From the NCBI GenBank assembly GCA_951406725.2, contig OX597815.1:14880001-14944000 (forward strand): a stretch of 64,000 nucleotides of DNA. Reading direction: 5' to 3'. The position numbers and the translations under genes were made by a program. Positions 37,065-50,679 of the stretch are shown piece by piece. Within the stretch, counting starts at the first letter, position 1; each line of letters starts with the position of its first letter. Below the pieces are notes generated by a model. The model had not been told where the DNA came from, did not search any database, and saw nothing but the letters and a program-made list of their open reading frames with translations. This DNA comes from Octopus vulgaris (lineage: Eukaryota).

Positions 37065-37594
37065 ATTCTTTTGTACTCTAGGCACAAGGCCTGAAATTTC
37101 AGGGGTGGGAGCCAGTCAATTAGATCAACCCCAGTACAGAACTGGTACTTAATTTATCAACCCCGAAAGGATGAGAAGCAAAGTTGACCTCGGTGGAATC
37201 TGAACTCAGAACGTAAAGACAGACAAAATACCTATTTCTTTACTACCTACAAGGGGCTTAACACAGAGAGGACAAACAAATGGATTAAGTCGATTACATC
37301 GACCCCAGTGCTTAACTGGTACTTAATTTATCAACCCCGAAAGGATGAAAGGCAAAGTCGACCTCGGCGGAATTTGAACTCCGAACGTAAAGGCAGACGA
37401 AATACCGCACTGGGGTCGATATAATTGACTTAATCCATTTGTCTGTTCTTGCTTGTCCCCTCTGTGTTTAGCCCCTTGTGGGTAGTAAAGAAATAGGTAT
37501 TTCGTCTGCAGTTACGTTTTCAGTTCAAATTCCACCGAGGTCAACTTTGCCTTTCATCCTTTCAGGGTCGATTAAATAAGTACCAGTTACGCAC
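37065..37594. mobile_element. SINE family C units in inverted arrangement
   Basis: Minus units 37065-37407 abut plus units 37407-37594. Confidence 0.82.
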
Positions 37595-37839
37595 CATTTG
37601 CGCTCTCTCTCTCTCTTACCAGCAATCATTGCCTTTAGCATGTCCTCACATCATGATGCCAGTATAATGAGGGGCTGCATTGGACCCATTATGGTCTGAT
37701 ACAACCATCTATTTAGCCTTTTGTGCTACCAGCCACCATTCCACCCTCAAACCATTGTTGTTTCTTTTACCATCACAGTTTTAACTATCCATCACTCACG
37801 CTCAACCCTACCAGTCTATATACACCTTAAAATTTCAAA

Positions 37840-39030
37840 CAAATTTATTTTAATATGGGGCAGGACCGCCTTTGGAAGTAATTACAGCCTAAATTCTACG
37901 AGGTATGCACTTGTACAAAGTTTCAATTGTTTCCAAAGGAATTCTTGTCCATTCTTCAGCTAAAAGAGTCTCCAGTTCTTGTAGTGATGATAGTGGAGGA
38001 TATCGACTTGTTTTTCTAAAAATGCACCATAAATGTTCAATAATATTGGGATTTGGGGACTGAGGTGGCCAGATAAGATGTTCAACTTCAGTAGAATGTT
38101 CCTCGTGCCATTCAGTAACAACTTTAGCTGTGTGAATTGGTGCATTATCATCCTGAAAGATTGTGTTACTCTCCGGAAACAGTTCCACAACCATTGGATG
38201 AATTTGACCAGATAAAATGCTTAAATAGTCTTGATTATTAATTCTGCCTTGAAGGAAAACCATTGGGCCAGCGGATTTCCAAGATATTGCCCCCCACTCC
38301 CACTAGATCATCACAGATCCTCCTCCATGTTTAACAGCTGGAAGAAGGCAGTCTAGGTCAAATGTTTCTGTTAGCTGTCTCCACATGTATATTTGGCCAG
38401 TGGTTGGAAATATGGTAAAGGATGACTCGACTGAGAAAATAACATTCTTCTACTGCTCTAGGGACTAATTCTGTAGGTTTTTACTCCACTCTAAATACTT
38501 TGCAACGTTTGTTTTTGAAAGTAGTGGTTTTCTGATTGTAGCCCTCCTGTAAAATCTGGTTTTGTGCAGCTCCCAGCGAACAGTTTTTGTGAAAACTGGG
38601 TTCTCGGGGTGGTCAGTAAGCTCTGCAGTAATTTTGAGAGCTGTACTTTGGTGATCCTTTCTAACAATTCCATTAAGAGTCCGACGGTCCCTATCTGAAA
38701 GTTTTGGTTTTCTTCCGGAGTTTTGTTTCGACGAGGAGGTTTTTCCCTCTTTCTCAAAGGCTGTCATTACTTTCGAGACAGTACTTCTTGATACACCAAA
38801 CATTTCAGCTATTTTTGTTATGCTAGTGCCTACCATATGAGCACCAACAATTTGACCTCATTGAAAGTCAGATAGATGTAATTTTAATGAATTTTAAATA
38901 CCTTTTTCTGATGATATCTGAAAAGAAACAGCAATTTTAGCAAAACATATTAATCAACACTAATGATAAATCAAAAAACATAAAAATAAACAAGCTTTTG
39001 AGGGTTTTATAGATATTTCAAAATTATGAT
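37840..39030 (-). mobile_element. Tc1-like (DD34E) transposase relic
   Basis: HTH region SITKIAEMFGVSRSTVSKV...GRKPKLSDRDRR; catalytic region IFQDDNAPIH...WPPQSPNPNIIEHLW; stops and frameshifts. Confidence 0.93.
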
Positions 39031-39804
39031 GCTATGATACTGTTTCCGGCACATAAAAAGCACCCACTACACTCTCGGAGTGGTTGGTGTTAGGAAGGGC
39101 ATCTAGCTGTAGAAACTCTGCCAGATCAAGATTGGAGCCTGGTGCAGCCATCTGGTTCGCCAGCCCTTAAGTCAAAATCGTCCAACCCATGCTAGCATGG
39201 AAAGCTTTGATGATGATGTCCAACCCCTGTACTGCTGCCATTCTTACCAGGGAACATGTATTTATTTTCAGTGTTTCTCTCCCATTTTGCCTTGCTATTA
39301 GTTTCGCTTCATTACTCCTAGCCATTTCTTGCATTTCTATTTCCTCGTTCATATAGTGCACTCTAACCAACCTGTTTTTCTTTCAAACTCTTACATTTTT
39401 CTTTCTCTTACCTATTTCATCTTCTGTTCTACCCACTCTAGAGATCACGTTGCTTTTACTAGGGACAATCTATAACAGGGAGAAATATTTATATGGGATA
39501 CAAGGCAACCACAATAGTGTTGTTGCCACAATGAAAATGCACATTTTACTATCTAAAATGGCTGGCAAATAATTGGGATCTCCCTAACTAAAGACAAGTA
39601 TTTAGTGCCACAAAGAAACGTATCCAGTGTTAAGAAGTGTGTCGAACAGTCCAACAATCAGAAGAAAAGAAAGAGGTGATATGCATTTCCATGATGCATC
39701 TAAGACGACAGAAACTCGAGTGTATTACTGAAGAATAATCTATCTTGGTGTTAAATAGCTGATGGATTATCTGTGAAACAATTGAGATATATGTGGTGAT
39801 AGTC

Positions 39805-40197
39805 TGAGTGGCTGGGTGGTAAGTAGCTTGCTAACCAACCACATGGTTCCGGGTTCAGTCCCACTGCGTGGCATCTTGGGCAAGTGTCTTCTGCTATAGC
39901 CCCGGGCTGACCAATGCCTTGTGAGTGGATTTGGTAGACGAAAACTGAAAGAAGCCTGTCGTATATATGTATATATATATATATAAGTGTGTGTGTATAT
40001 CTTTGTGTTTGTACCCCTAGCATTGCTTGACAACCGATGCTGGTGTGTTTACGTCCCCGTCACTTAGCGGTTCGGCAAAAGAAACCGATAGAATAAGTAC
40101 TGGGCTTACAAAGAATAAGTCCTGGGGTCGATTTGCTCGACTAAAGGCGGTGCTCCAGCATGGCCGCAGTCAAATGACTGAAACAAGTAAAAGAGTA
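39805..40197 (+). mobile_element. SINE family A
   Basis: Family match. Confidence 0.92.
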
Positions 40198-41461
40198 ACC
40201 AATAAATATTTATAGTAATTAATTTAATATAACGGAGATAACCTATCACTTGTTGGGTTTACTTGAGATGCATCTGCTGCACATCTTTTTCCTCAGTATT
40301 AATCATAAGTGTGCACCTTTGTACATGACTTGAATGGCACTCATAAGCCAGCCATCTGACCCCTAGTTTTAGCAACCACTAGATTACAAAACGAACGACC
40401 CTGTCAAAGGTCTTTTTTCAGAGGTCAACAAATCCAGTTCTTTTGCAGTAACATCTTGACTTACTTTTGCACCAAAGTTAAAATCGAAAAGACTCATACA
40501 AGAGCTGTAAGTAAATACTGTGAAGAATTCTCTTTGACTCCGTTGCTTCTGCCAGTCCGCTGCCAAAGTATCAATTGTCTCAACAGATCAACAGAAAGTA
40601 AAATTAAAACAAAATAAAACAGCAAATACAGAATATAATTTATTAGATTTCTTTGGCCCAAAGGTTATATTGTTCAACTGAAAAAAAGCTACTGGATGTG
40701 TATTCCAGTACGTACAGGCAAATTAAATGCATAAGTAACTCATATACCCACATACATACATACATACATACATACATACATACATACACACACATTCGCA
40801 CCCATATACACTTACATATACAAATACACATGTTCATACATATTTAATCCCCTATTCTTAGCTGACCTTAGTGGGCCAGAGATGTGTACAACATGTATGC
40901 ATGTCTCTGATATTGTGTGAAGCTGTAGATAGATGTATGATACATATAGAATTTATAGATGAGAATAGATATTTATGTAGGCGTGACATGTTGAATTTTT
41001 TTCTTTGCTGTTGCTGCTGTTGTTGTTGTTGTTGGTGTGGTCCATCTCCTCTTGTGTGATTTCTCATTTTTGCCATTCCACATATGAACAACCACTGGTA
41101 AAACACAACATAGGTTTGGTCAAACAAAGCTGGAAGAGGTACACATAAAAGAAGGCAGTGAGTGTTGTTATATCCAACGGAAACACTCACCTGTGTTTAT
41201 CAAAAGCTACCGGCTCCTATTTAAGATTCCAACCATTTCAAACAAGCACCAAATGTTTATATTAATGCTAACTACAACACTTTGATGCCATGAAATTTCG
41301 AAACCCTTTTGTTTTTATGTATTTTATCCAATTAATGCTTTCATACAACAACAACTCTTATTGGTGTTGTTTTCACTGTTCTTTTTTCTTTGTAATAAAT
41401 ATATTTAAAAAGTATCTATAACCAATGGCGAAAAAAATCTTAAGCCACAGAAATCTTTCCT

Positions 41462-41710
41462 TCAAGACGATAAAGGTGCCATAGCATTTATTTCTCGCTC
41501 TGACATTGGCATGGATCTTTTGAAAAACCAGGAAATTGCACTGGCCGAGGAATTCAAGTCAGATGCAGGTTGCTTATGGTCCGAGGAATCTCTTTGAAGC
41601 ATAGAGATCGGCTCCGCATGGTTTGTCGAGGGCTTAGAGAATTTCTGTAAAAGTGAAGATTCCTCCATGCCGGAGGTAATCTTTCTCTCTGGTCCAGACA
41701 TGGTGTACAT
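41462..41710 (-). CDS. Candidate small host ORF or terminal coding exon (82 aa from first ATG), unknown product
   Basis: Non-repetitive, more GC- and CpG-rich than flanks, preceded by acceptor TTTTTACTTAAATTTCAG at 41738; no recognisable domain. Confidence 0.4.
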   Translation of the reverse strand: MYTMSGPERKITSGMEESSLLQKFSKPSTNHAEPISMLQRDSSDHKQPASDLNSSASAISWFFKRSMPMSEREINAMAPLSS

Positions 41711-41959
41711 TGGGAAATCCAGAAGTCCAGAAAAATTCTGAAATTTAAGTAAAAATATTAAAATTTTCAAAAATAAAAACAAAGGCAATAGACACATATA
41801 TAATCATTATACATATATAAAAATAAAGGTGGTTAACAGAGATGGGATTTTATACATATTACACACAGACACACACAATCACAGTTTCTTAAGCACTATC
41901 CATGTATTAGTGTGCATTTTGGTAGAGGTGGACAGGCATTCTGTAGCACCATATATTGA

Positions 41960-42370
41960 TGTCAGTATGTTTTTTTTTTCTTTTGTTACTTTCTCTGGAA
42001 GATGTAGCATTTTCAGGTCAACCTTCCCTCTTTTGTCCTAAGCCTTCTTTGGTCATTTTGTTCCACAACTTCCATTAATTTGGAGCATGTGGCCCCTTTA
42101 TATGCAACAGTCATCTTCCATATGCCTCACTGGCCCTTTACAGTACAGCAACCTCTTTTGCACACTACACCCGATTCCTTTTATACCCAGGTTTTCTCTT
42201 AGCTCATTTATACTCTGGTGTTCATGCACACAAACACTACACACCCATCACAGCGTTTCTTTCAAGTCTCCAGCAGTTAAGGCCCACGTCTCGCTACTAA
42301 GCAAACTTCACTGTTCTAACAAGTGTTGTACAATCTGATCTTCACCCTGCACTTATTGATGGCAGGCATC
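41960..42370 (-). mobile_element. Decayed RTE ORF fragment
   Basis: SETWALTAGDL...ELRENLGIKGIGCSVQKR; paralogous to 54290-54620. Confidence 0.75.
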
Positions 42371-42669
42371 CAGAGTACTGTTTAGGATTAGTAAAGGATG
42401 TTGATACATCTATTTCTGTTTATGTGTGTTTTGTTCCCTTGGATGACATTGGTGGGAGGGAGAAAGGGAGATTTTCTACCCAGACAACTGCTGGTCTTCC
42501 ATGAAGAAACTTTGCACAGTAAAGTGACCTAGACAGGAACTTTCTAGGTTTCATGCCCCTACTTACTATAACCCCCTTACATACCTCTATATCTCTCTCT
42601 CTCCCCACTGCTCCAACACTTTGCACATCACTCAGCAACATTCTGATCTATACCCCTTCCTGAAACCTC

Positions 42670-42860
42670 TTTTCTTCTTCTTACAGCATTCACCCGGGGT
42701 GGGTTGAGCTGGCTTCATTCATCCTCAATGCTGCATCTCTCACAAACACCGACCAGTCCTGGCAATTTGAGGCTAACAACTGCATGATCTCCAACCACTC
42801 CTTATTCCAGCGGCGAACGCCGTAGATATGGGGGCCTTCCCAAAACACTACTATACATCT
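42670..42860 (-). mobile_element. RTE 3' fragment, family related to 52193-52758
   Basis: GPHIYGVRRWNKEWL...VRDA...EASSTHPG* parallels GPQVV...NRDWL...VRDA...EADSTRPG*. Confidence 0.7.
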
Positions 42861-43109
42861 CACCTTACCCATCTCCACACTTATTTCCCTCAACAGCACC
42901 TCCACCCTTGTTCATCACACACTACATTCACCTCCAGTGGCAGCCACTGGAAGGTCTCCTCTTGTTTTTGTGCCCTCGGGTGTTAAAATCAACACCCAGT
43001 GATACATTAGCAACATTCTGGAAGTTGAACCATTTCCATGGGTGAATAAGCACTTTAAAGGTATACCTTGGAGTATCCAGCAGGACTTGACACCATCCCA
43101 CAGTTCCAA

Positions 43110-43500
43110 ATAGATACAACACTGGATTCAGAAAAACATTGTCATTCATAGGTAAGGATGTATGGCCCTCAAGAAACCCCTATCTCAACCCGATGGATTT
43201 TTGTGTTTGGTCCAATTTGGAGATGTAGGTCTCAAGCACTCCTCATGCTTAGCTCAATGCTCTGAAGGCAAAACTGCACCAGGAATGGGCTTTGATTCAG
43301 CAAGAACAACTGCGTGCCATGTGTGAAGCATTCACACCTAGACTTAAGGCTGTGATTTGAAACAGAGGTGGTCATATCGAATAAATGTGGCAGTGTCCTG
43401 ATTGTGTTTAGTATTGCACTGCAACACTCAGACCCGAAATTATAACAATTATTTTGCTTTGGTAAAATTGGAAAAAGTTGGTTTCCTTAATTTTGGGAGT
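43110..43500 (+). mobile_element. Tc1/mariner-superfamily transposase C-terminal relic (DD37D/DD41D-like)
   Basis: WPSRNPYLNPMDFCVWSNLE...CEAFTPRLKAVI*NRGGHIE*. Confidence 0.8.
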
Positions 43501-44908
43501 GTGTGTGTGTGTATGGGTATGTATATATGTATGTGTGTGTCTGTATGTATACATAGTTTCCATTTACCAATTTCATCCAAAAGACATTAGCCAATCTGAG
43601 GCTTATAGTAGAAAACATATGCTCATAGTTTCACACACTGGGATGGAACCCAAAATCATGCAGTTATGAAGTGAAATTTTTATCTGCATGACCATACATG
43701 TATCTAGGATTCAAAATCAAAATTAGAAAGAAAAAAAGACTAGTTTCTCAGAGATATAACATAAACATGACAGTGATGAACTTTAACAGAAAGACAAAAC
43801 TTCTTTACAGATTACCAAAATAGAGAAAATGTATATCAGATTCTCCTCTGTAATCACTAACTCCTGTTGCCACTGCACACCACCAGATTATACTAAATAG
43901 GCCATGAGATTAGGATCAAGAAAAACTAGTATTCCATCAAAATATTTCTAAGTTAATATTACTATTATATTCATCATAATCATCATTGTTTAACGTCTGT
44001 TTTCCATGCTAGTAAGGGTTGGACGATTTGACGGAGGACTGGCAAACCAGATGGCTGCACCAGGCTCCAATCTGATCTGGCAGAGTTTCTACAGCTGGAT
44101 GCCCTTCCTAACACCAACTACTCCAAGAATGTAGTGGGTGCTTTTAAAGTACCACCGGCACAAGAGCCAGTCTGGCGGTACTGGCAACGGCCACGCTCGA
44201 AAATGGTGTTTTTTACGTGCCACCTGCACAGGAGTCAGTCCAGCAGCACTGGCAACGACCTCGCTCGAATGTTTTGTTCCGTGCCACCGGCACAAGTGCC
44301 AGTGAGGCGAGTAAATAGAAACTTCAAAGTAACAAATGATATTACTACATTATAGAAGATATCAATAACTGTTGCTTAGGCATAACAAACCAATAAGCAA
44401 GCCTGATTCTACCTGCTGGAAACGGTGGCTTATTGTCTTTGAAGGAAAAAAAAAAAAGACATGAAATAGTGTAATATTAGATATAATGTCTAAAGAGAAA
44501 GGTCATGACGGTCATGGTTGAATTGTTTTGATTGTAGGTTCTGCTTGATCAAGGCTATTTCTCTTGTATCAAACACTACTAGCTAATGCACTCAAACCAT
44601 TCACATGTTCAAAAGAATGTCTAATGAAATCAATAAAAATCAATAGATACCTGGATTAGTTCACAATAAAATCGATCTTAAGGAATCAAGATTGGGTGTC
44701 TGTGTTTGTAGTAGATATGTGTCTGAAATCTAAAAGAAAAAAAGGTGAAAGAAAGATTAGATTAAATAACATTAAAAATAAAAAGCAATTTTAATGAATT
44801 AATTCCTCAATGTTCATTTTATATCTCAGTTTTCCTTTATTTCAGCAACTTTGATGGGTGCAGAAAGTAAGTTTAAGTCACAGCTTTATTTAAAGGACAA
44901 CAGGTATA

Positions 44909-46117
44909 TCAGGTCATTAAGAATAAAATGTCTGATTTTGAATTGAGAGTTTATTTTACTTTATTTCAACAAAAAGCAATGCAGTTAATCAAAGTATGCA
45001 CCTAAATTATCAACACAATTTTGTCATTTTATCAGTAGCTTATGCCGACAGCGAAGAATTCTGGAGAGCAAGAGGTAATGAAATCACAAAAGGCTGTTTT
45101 TCCACCTTCAGATTTGAAATTTTTTTCCTTGCAAAAAGTTGTCTAATGCCTGGAAGACGTGATAGTCAGTTGGTGCAATGTTTGGTGAATATAGTGGATG
45201 ACAGAGTTCTTCCAAGTTCAGTTCCTGTAACTTGAATTGCGTCCTTTGTGCAACATGTGGTTGAGCATTGTCTTGCAAGAGAATTGGCCTGTCTCTATTG
45301 ACCACCAATCTCAGTTGTTTAATTGTAAGTTCACTCATCATTTCATCCAGTTGATTGATGTATACATCCGCTGTAATTGAGTCAACAGGTTTTATGAAGC
45401 TGTAGAGGATGACACCAGTGCTGGACCACCTAACAAACACCATTAGCTTTTTTTTGGTGAATATTCTTTTTGGATTGTGTTTTGGCACTTCATCTCTATC
45501 CGACCACCATGCAGAACACTTGCTATTGTTGAAAAGAATTCAATTTTCATCACACATAACAATACAATGCAAAAATGATTCAGTTTTATTCCGTGACAGC
45601 AAAGAACAGAAAGTTTCAAGATGACGTGTCATTTGATACTCGTTCAGTTCATGTGGTACTCATTTGTCCAGCTTCTTTACCTTGCTGATTTGTTTCAGAT
45701 GGTCCAATACAGTTGGAATTGAAACATCAAACTTTGCTGCTCACATGTAGTTTGAGATGTATCTGCTTCCACTACAGTTTCCAGCTCCTTATCCACCTTG
45801 GTCTCAGGTCTACCACAAGACTGATTTTCAAGAGTAAAGTCACCAGACCAGAACTTCTCAAACCATTGACATAAAGTGTGTTCATTTGCCACATCTTCAC
45901 CAAATACCTCACTGATATTTCGAGCTGTCTGGGATGCACTGGTTCCTTATTCATTAACAACACAAATTTTTGACCTCTTCAAGGGTTCACAAAAATTGAC
46001 TTACAAAAGAAAACTCAATATAATCAGACACCATGAATAGCACTTCAAAAAGTGATGATGTAACTCTGTCAAACTTGGTACATAAGATAATCAGACATTT
46101 CATTCTTAATGACTTGA
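44909..46117 (-). mobile_element. Near full-length defective mariner element
   Basis: TIRs TA|TCAGGTCATTAAGAAT.AAATGTCTGATT and AATCAGACATTTCATTCTTAATGACTTGA|TA; LLQDNAQPH, HPLYSPNIAPTDYHVF. Confidence 0.93.
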
Positions 46118-46952
46118 TATATATATACATTTTAAATATATATACATGAAATAGTTCAAAGTAACCTTAAAACTATCCAGACACTGATTTAACCAGGTAT
46201 AAGTTAAGCTTTAATCAAGAGATGTATAGTACAGCTGTTCTTGGTCACTTTGGATCACATCATTTCATCATTCCGCATTCAGTACAACACAACCCCAAAT
46301 ATCTAAATCACTGATTGAAGCATTTTGTTTCAGTTAAAACAACTGGTATTGCCATTCCATAAGCATTGCAATTTTTGTCTTACAATTATTCAGTCAACAA
46401 TAAAGCTTGAAGAGTTAATATAGAAATAGAAGACGTTACTGGTTAGCTGTAATCAGAAATTGCTATGTTGTTTATCTGTGTCTAGAATTTTTACTATTGT
46501 GCAAATCATTTGAATTCTTTCATTTTCTCTGTCATTAATTACCAAAGAAAGTGTTATATGATGAAAGCTGATACAGATAGTACAGAGTAGTTTCTGGCAG
46601 CTAAAGGCATGTAATCAGTCTTATACGGTTTCATCAGCAAATTAACTTGCCTGCAAAGAAATTTTCTTCTAAGAATCAAGCTTTATGAAATTCTTAATTT
46701 CTAAAAATTATTTCCTCTTTTCTTTGGCCTTCATAAACAGTTACTATAAGATTTGTTTTCTTTATTTCATTTAAAGGGGCAATCTCAATTGACAGTGAAT
46801 ATTCTGTGTTTGTCTTTCACTATGTCATACAGACTTTCATTCCTCATCCCTACCAAAATAAAGGGCTTCTTTTAACTCTTGGATTTTTATAAAGAGATTA
46901 AGGTACATTATTTACATTTGATAGATATTTGTCCTCATCTTGTTTGTTGTTA

Positions 46953-46996
46953 ACACAATGTTTCAGCTGATATACCCTCCAGCCTTCATCAGGTGT
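46953..46996 (-). ncRNA. Putative type I hammerhead
   Basis: ACAC-CUGAUGA-A-GGCUG[GAGGGUAUAU]CAGCU-GAAA-CA-UU-GUGU. Confidence 0.65.
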
Positions 46997-47223
46997 CTTG
47001 GGGAAATTTCAGACCTGGGTTCTCATTCCTAAAGTATTTTTCAGTGTTATTATAATTCAGGTCACTGCCTGGAATCGAACTCGGAATCTTGGGGTTAAGA
47101 GCGTGGGCTACTAACCAAGATTCTGAGTTTGATTCCAGGCAGTGACCTGAATAATAATAACAATAATAATAATGTTGAAAAATACCTTAGGAATGAGAAC
47201 CCAGGTCCAAAATTTCTCCAAGA

Positions 47224-47267
47224 CACCTGATGAAGGCTGGAGGGTATATCAGCCAAAACGTTGTGTT
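47224..47267 (+). ncRNA. Putative type I hammerhead (G12 mutated to A)
   Basis: ACAC-CUGAUGA-A-GGCUG/CAGCC-AAAA-CG-UU-GUGU; the two arms together imply ancestral CAGCC-GAAA-CG-UU. Confidence 0.6.
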
Positions 47268-49818
47268 AACAACAAACAAGATGAAGACAAATATCTGTCA
47301 AATGTAAATAATGTAAATAATTCCTCATCTCTTAAATATAGAACAGAGATTAAGGTGTTTGATGTAGATGTAAGTGGTAGGGTACAGTGATGTGGGCCTG
47401 GGCAGAAGTAAAGGGATTGGAAGAGGGCGAACTAAGTAGAACATATGTCAGAGGTGGTTATGTGTGAACAGTGGACAAAATTTCATGAGTAGTGAACAGT
47501 AAAGCTAAGTAAACTTGCTGTATATGATAAAGAGACAAAAAAAAAACCGAGACAGATTTGCTGAATGTGAAACACTAGACACAACACAGTTGGAATAGTA
47601 AGGTATTTTGTTAGCATATGGCTTCTATGTTATTTTCAAGCTTAGTAGATCTTCTCTAAGCATATCACCGATTAGCTACATTCAGTGAAATCAAGTGTCA
47701 CAATTCCATTATTAGTCCTGGCAGGAATTCAGTAAAGGTATGAGCTACTCAACAATCTAATTAAAACTACCATCATTTCCTGCTCATTAGCAATCAATAT
47801 TATTTGATCCACTACTTTATGACATCATGGGTCTTGGTACACAAATCCAGTTTATGTCAAGTGACCCCATTCCAGTGGTTATCTGTCTTCATTTTCGCTC
47901 CAGCTACCATTAAACACAACTTCTTCACTAACATTAGGAAGACTCTGTAATGCCTTTTGATGTGCAAGAAATGGCAGGTAAATCTCTTTTAAAATACACC
48001 TTACTGTCTCAGAAAAATAAGTGATACCAGATACACCATATCTGAAAAACAAAGACATGATGGTCCCAGAATGTCCTTTAATCAAAGATTTGATCAGAGT
48101 TGATCTGGAGAATAAACAGCTTCATAAACCCAAATCACAGGTCCTTACCAAATATAACAAATCAATGCACTTTTCCTCCCCACTCCCTCACAACTTCTTT
48201 AACACACTAGACCAATTTTGTACATGAATTCAGCTGTAATGAAAATGACTATTCAATTGGTATCTACCGCTGAGCTGTATGAAATCTCATATTAAGTGAT
48301 CAAATTAACAAGTAAGAGAATCCTATTAAATTAAGCCAGATCACAATTCTACAACCTTGACAGGTGGAAAATAATCCAGTTGAATTAGCCAAGGTGGCTC
48401 TTTATGTACTTTTAACCAGGAAGAACAAACACCAACCAGAAGACAGAAACACTATTTTAGAACAAAACTAACAAGATTGACTACACAATTTAAACAGTAG
48501 GATTACCATGGGAGAAGAAATGAAGTAGGAAATAAGCAAGGACAAGTCAACAGTTTATATTTATTGTGCCTTAGCTATGCACAAGTTTTGTAAAATGGAA
48601 GAATGTTGTGATTTGAGAGAGATTTGACCTATTTCTAGCATGTCAAGCTATCATGTAAAGCAGGCATGAGTAACCATTTTCAACTTCAAACAAGCTGCAT
48701 AAAAAAAAAAAAAAAGATTCCAGGTAATTTTCTGATTGGCATGCCATTCAGGAAGTCTCACAAGCTGCAGTTTACCCATGACTAATGTAGAGGCTCTTTC
48801 AATGGCTTGAGACTTAAGACGCCAGACTCAAAAAGTTTGTGAGTTCAAATTCTCTAACTCTGAACAAGACATAATTCGGCACACATTAGTTTACAGTATC
48901 TGAATGAAGAAAATAACTTGAATGGTCCAGCATCCTCTCCAAAAGAAAAGTTTGTCTCTAAAACAATGGTACAAAAAAATCTGGAAAGAAATATATACAC
49001 AAACAGTAGCTTTATTCATGTAGTTCGCAGAATTCTGATATTTATATAATATATACTACACTCTCAGAGTGGTTGGTGTTAGGAAGGGCATTCAGCTGTA
49101 GAAACTCTGCCAAATCAAGATTGGAGCCTGGTGCAACCATCTGGTTCGCCAGCCCTCAGTCAAAATCATCCAACCCATGCTAGCATGGAAAGCGGACGTT
49201 AAACGATGATGATGATGATGATATATATATATATATATATATATATGTAATCAAGGAAGACTTAGCCACTGTATTAATGGATTAAGGTGCTTACGTTGGC
49301 TCTCACATTTCCTTGACATTTCTGACGTAGGTTATCATAACATTTCTAGCATACACAAGCTTTCACATCATGACCTCTGATTTTAAGAATTAATCAACAA
49401 GTGAAATAATGATGATTGAGTAAGCTGCTTATAAAGAAGGTATAAGAGATTGTTTAAGAAACTACTTTTCCCTATTCCTCACTCACTATCTGCTCCATAT
49501 TCTCCGAGGAAGTGTTATGCACAGTGAGATCTGAACAAAAGCTAAGAAACATACTAGCTTTAAGGAAAACTCTAAACATTTCACTTCTGTTTACAAATTA
49601 TAATTATAAAAATCACTCAACTACTCAATAACCTTGGTGATATATATACTAACTATTCTAATTAACTGTTATTTGTAAACAATATTGTTTCATTTACAAG
49701 TAAACATTTTATTTACAACAGTTTCGCTCATTTATTAATAAGTGGTACAAAAAATTCTACACATATTAAGAACCCTTGACATATGAAATATTCATTGATA
49801 AATAACTGACCCTATTAA

Positions 49819-50039
49819 CCCATTCATTACCAACCCGGCTGAAACTGGCTCTGGCTCTTTAGTACAGATGTCTTGTTTTCATAAGTTTTGAATTAAAATC
49901 TTCCACCAAACTTTAGTCACAATTTATGTTCCTAACACTAGCTGAATGATAACTAAGTTATTTTACTAAATGTTTTGTTATATTTAAAGTAATTGAAAGA
50001 AACACTGAGCATCTCAAAATAAGTACAGTAACGAAAGGG
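49819..50039. mobile_element. piggyBac-type MITE
   Basis: TTAA|CCCATTCATTAC...GTAACGAAAGGG|TTAA. Confidence 0.85.
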
Positions 50040-50679
50040 TTAAGTGGCTGAGTGGTTAAGAAGTTTCTTGTCAACCACATAGTTTTGAGTTCAGTCCGAC
50101 TGCATGACACCTTTGGTGAGAGTCCCCTACTACAGACCCAAGTCAACAAAAGCTTTTTCAGTGGATTTGGTAGACTGTAACTGAAAGAAGCCACTGTCTG
50201 CCATGAGTGTTTTTCACCACCAGAGGGACCAGTCTCTGCAGAGAGAAGTGTTAAGATTGGTCCCTCTGGTGGTGAAAAGTATTGTGGCTGGGTCGTGTAA
50301 AAGTGCCCATGCGGTGTCACATAAAAGCACCCAGCACACTCTGAAGTGGTTGGCGTTAGGAAGGGCATCCAGCCAGAGAAACCACGCCAAATCAGACTGG
50401 AGTCCGGTGCAGCACCCCCAGCTTGCCAGGTCGGTCAAACCATCCAACCCATGCCAGCATGGACAATGGATGTTAAATGATGATGATGATGATAATATAT
50501 ATAGATATATGAACGTGTGGTGTGCCTACTTGCCTTGACACCACATGATAGCCATAAACAAGTGTCTGTCATAGGCGCGGTGTCATTCATTTCTAATATT
50601 CTGAGTCTAATGAGTGAAACAAATAAAAGACAAATAAGCATTACATTTGACAGTAACTTGAATTCTAAAGGGTTAATAA

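Larger units (their letters stand above)
46905..47344 (+). mobile_element. Fold-back element with tRNA-like head and hammerhead
   Basis: Arms 46905-47097 and 47112-47315; tail to 47344; perfect 12-bp TSD AGAGATTAAGGT at 46893-46904 and 47345-47356. Confidence 0.88.

Noticed and set aside
40858-41190. PolyQ protein ORF
   Set aside because: A (CAA/CAG)n microsatellite in probable UTR or intron; the rest of the ORF is unconvincing
47879-48085. Host coding exon after the TTTTTCAG acceptor at about 48042
   Set aside because: Short, no recognisable protein, and no consistent frame link to other exons
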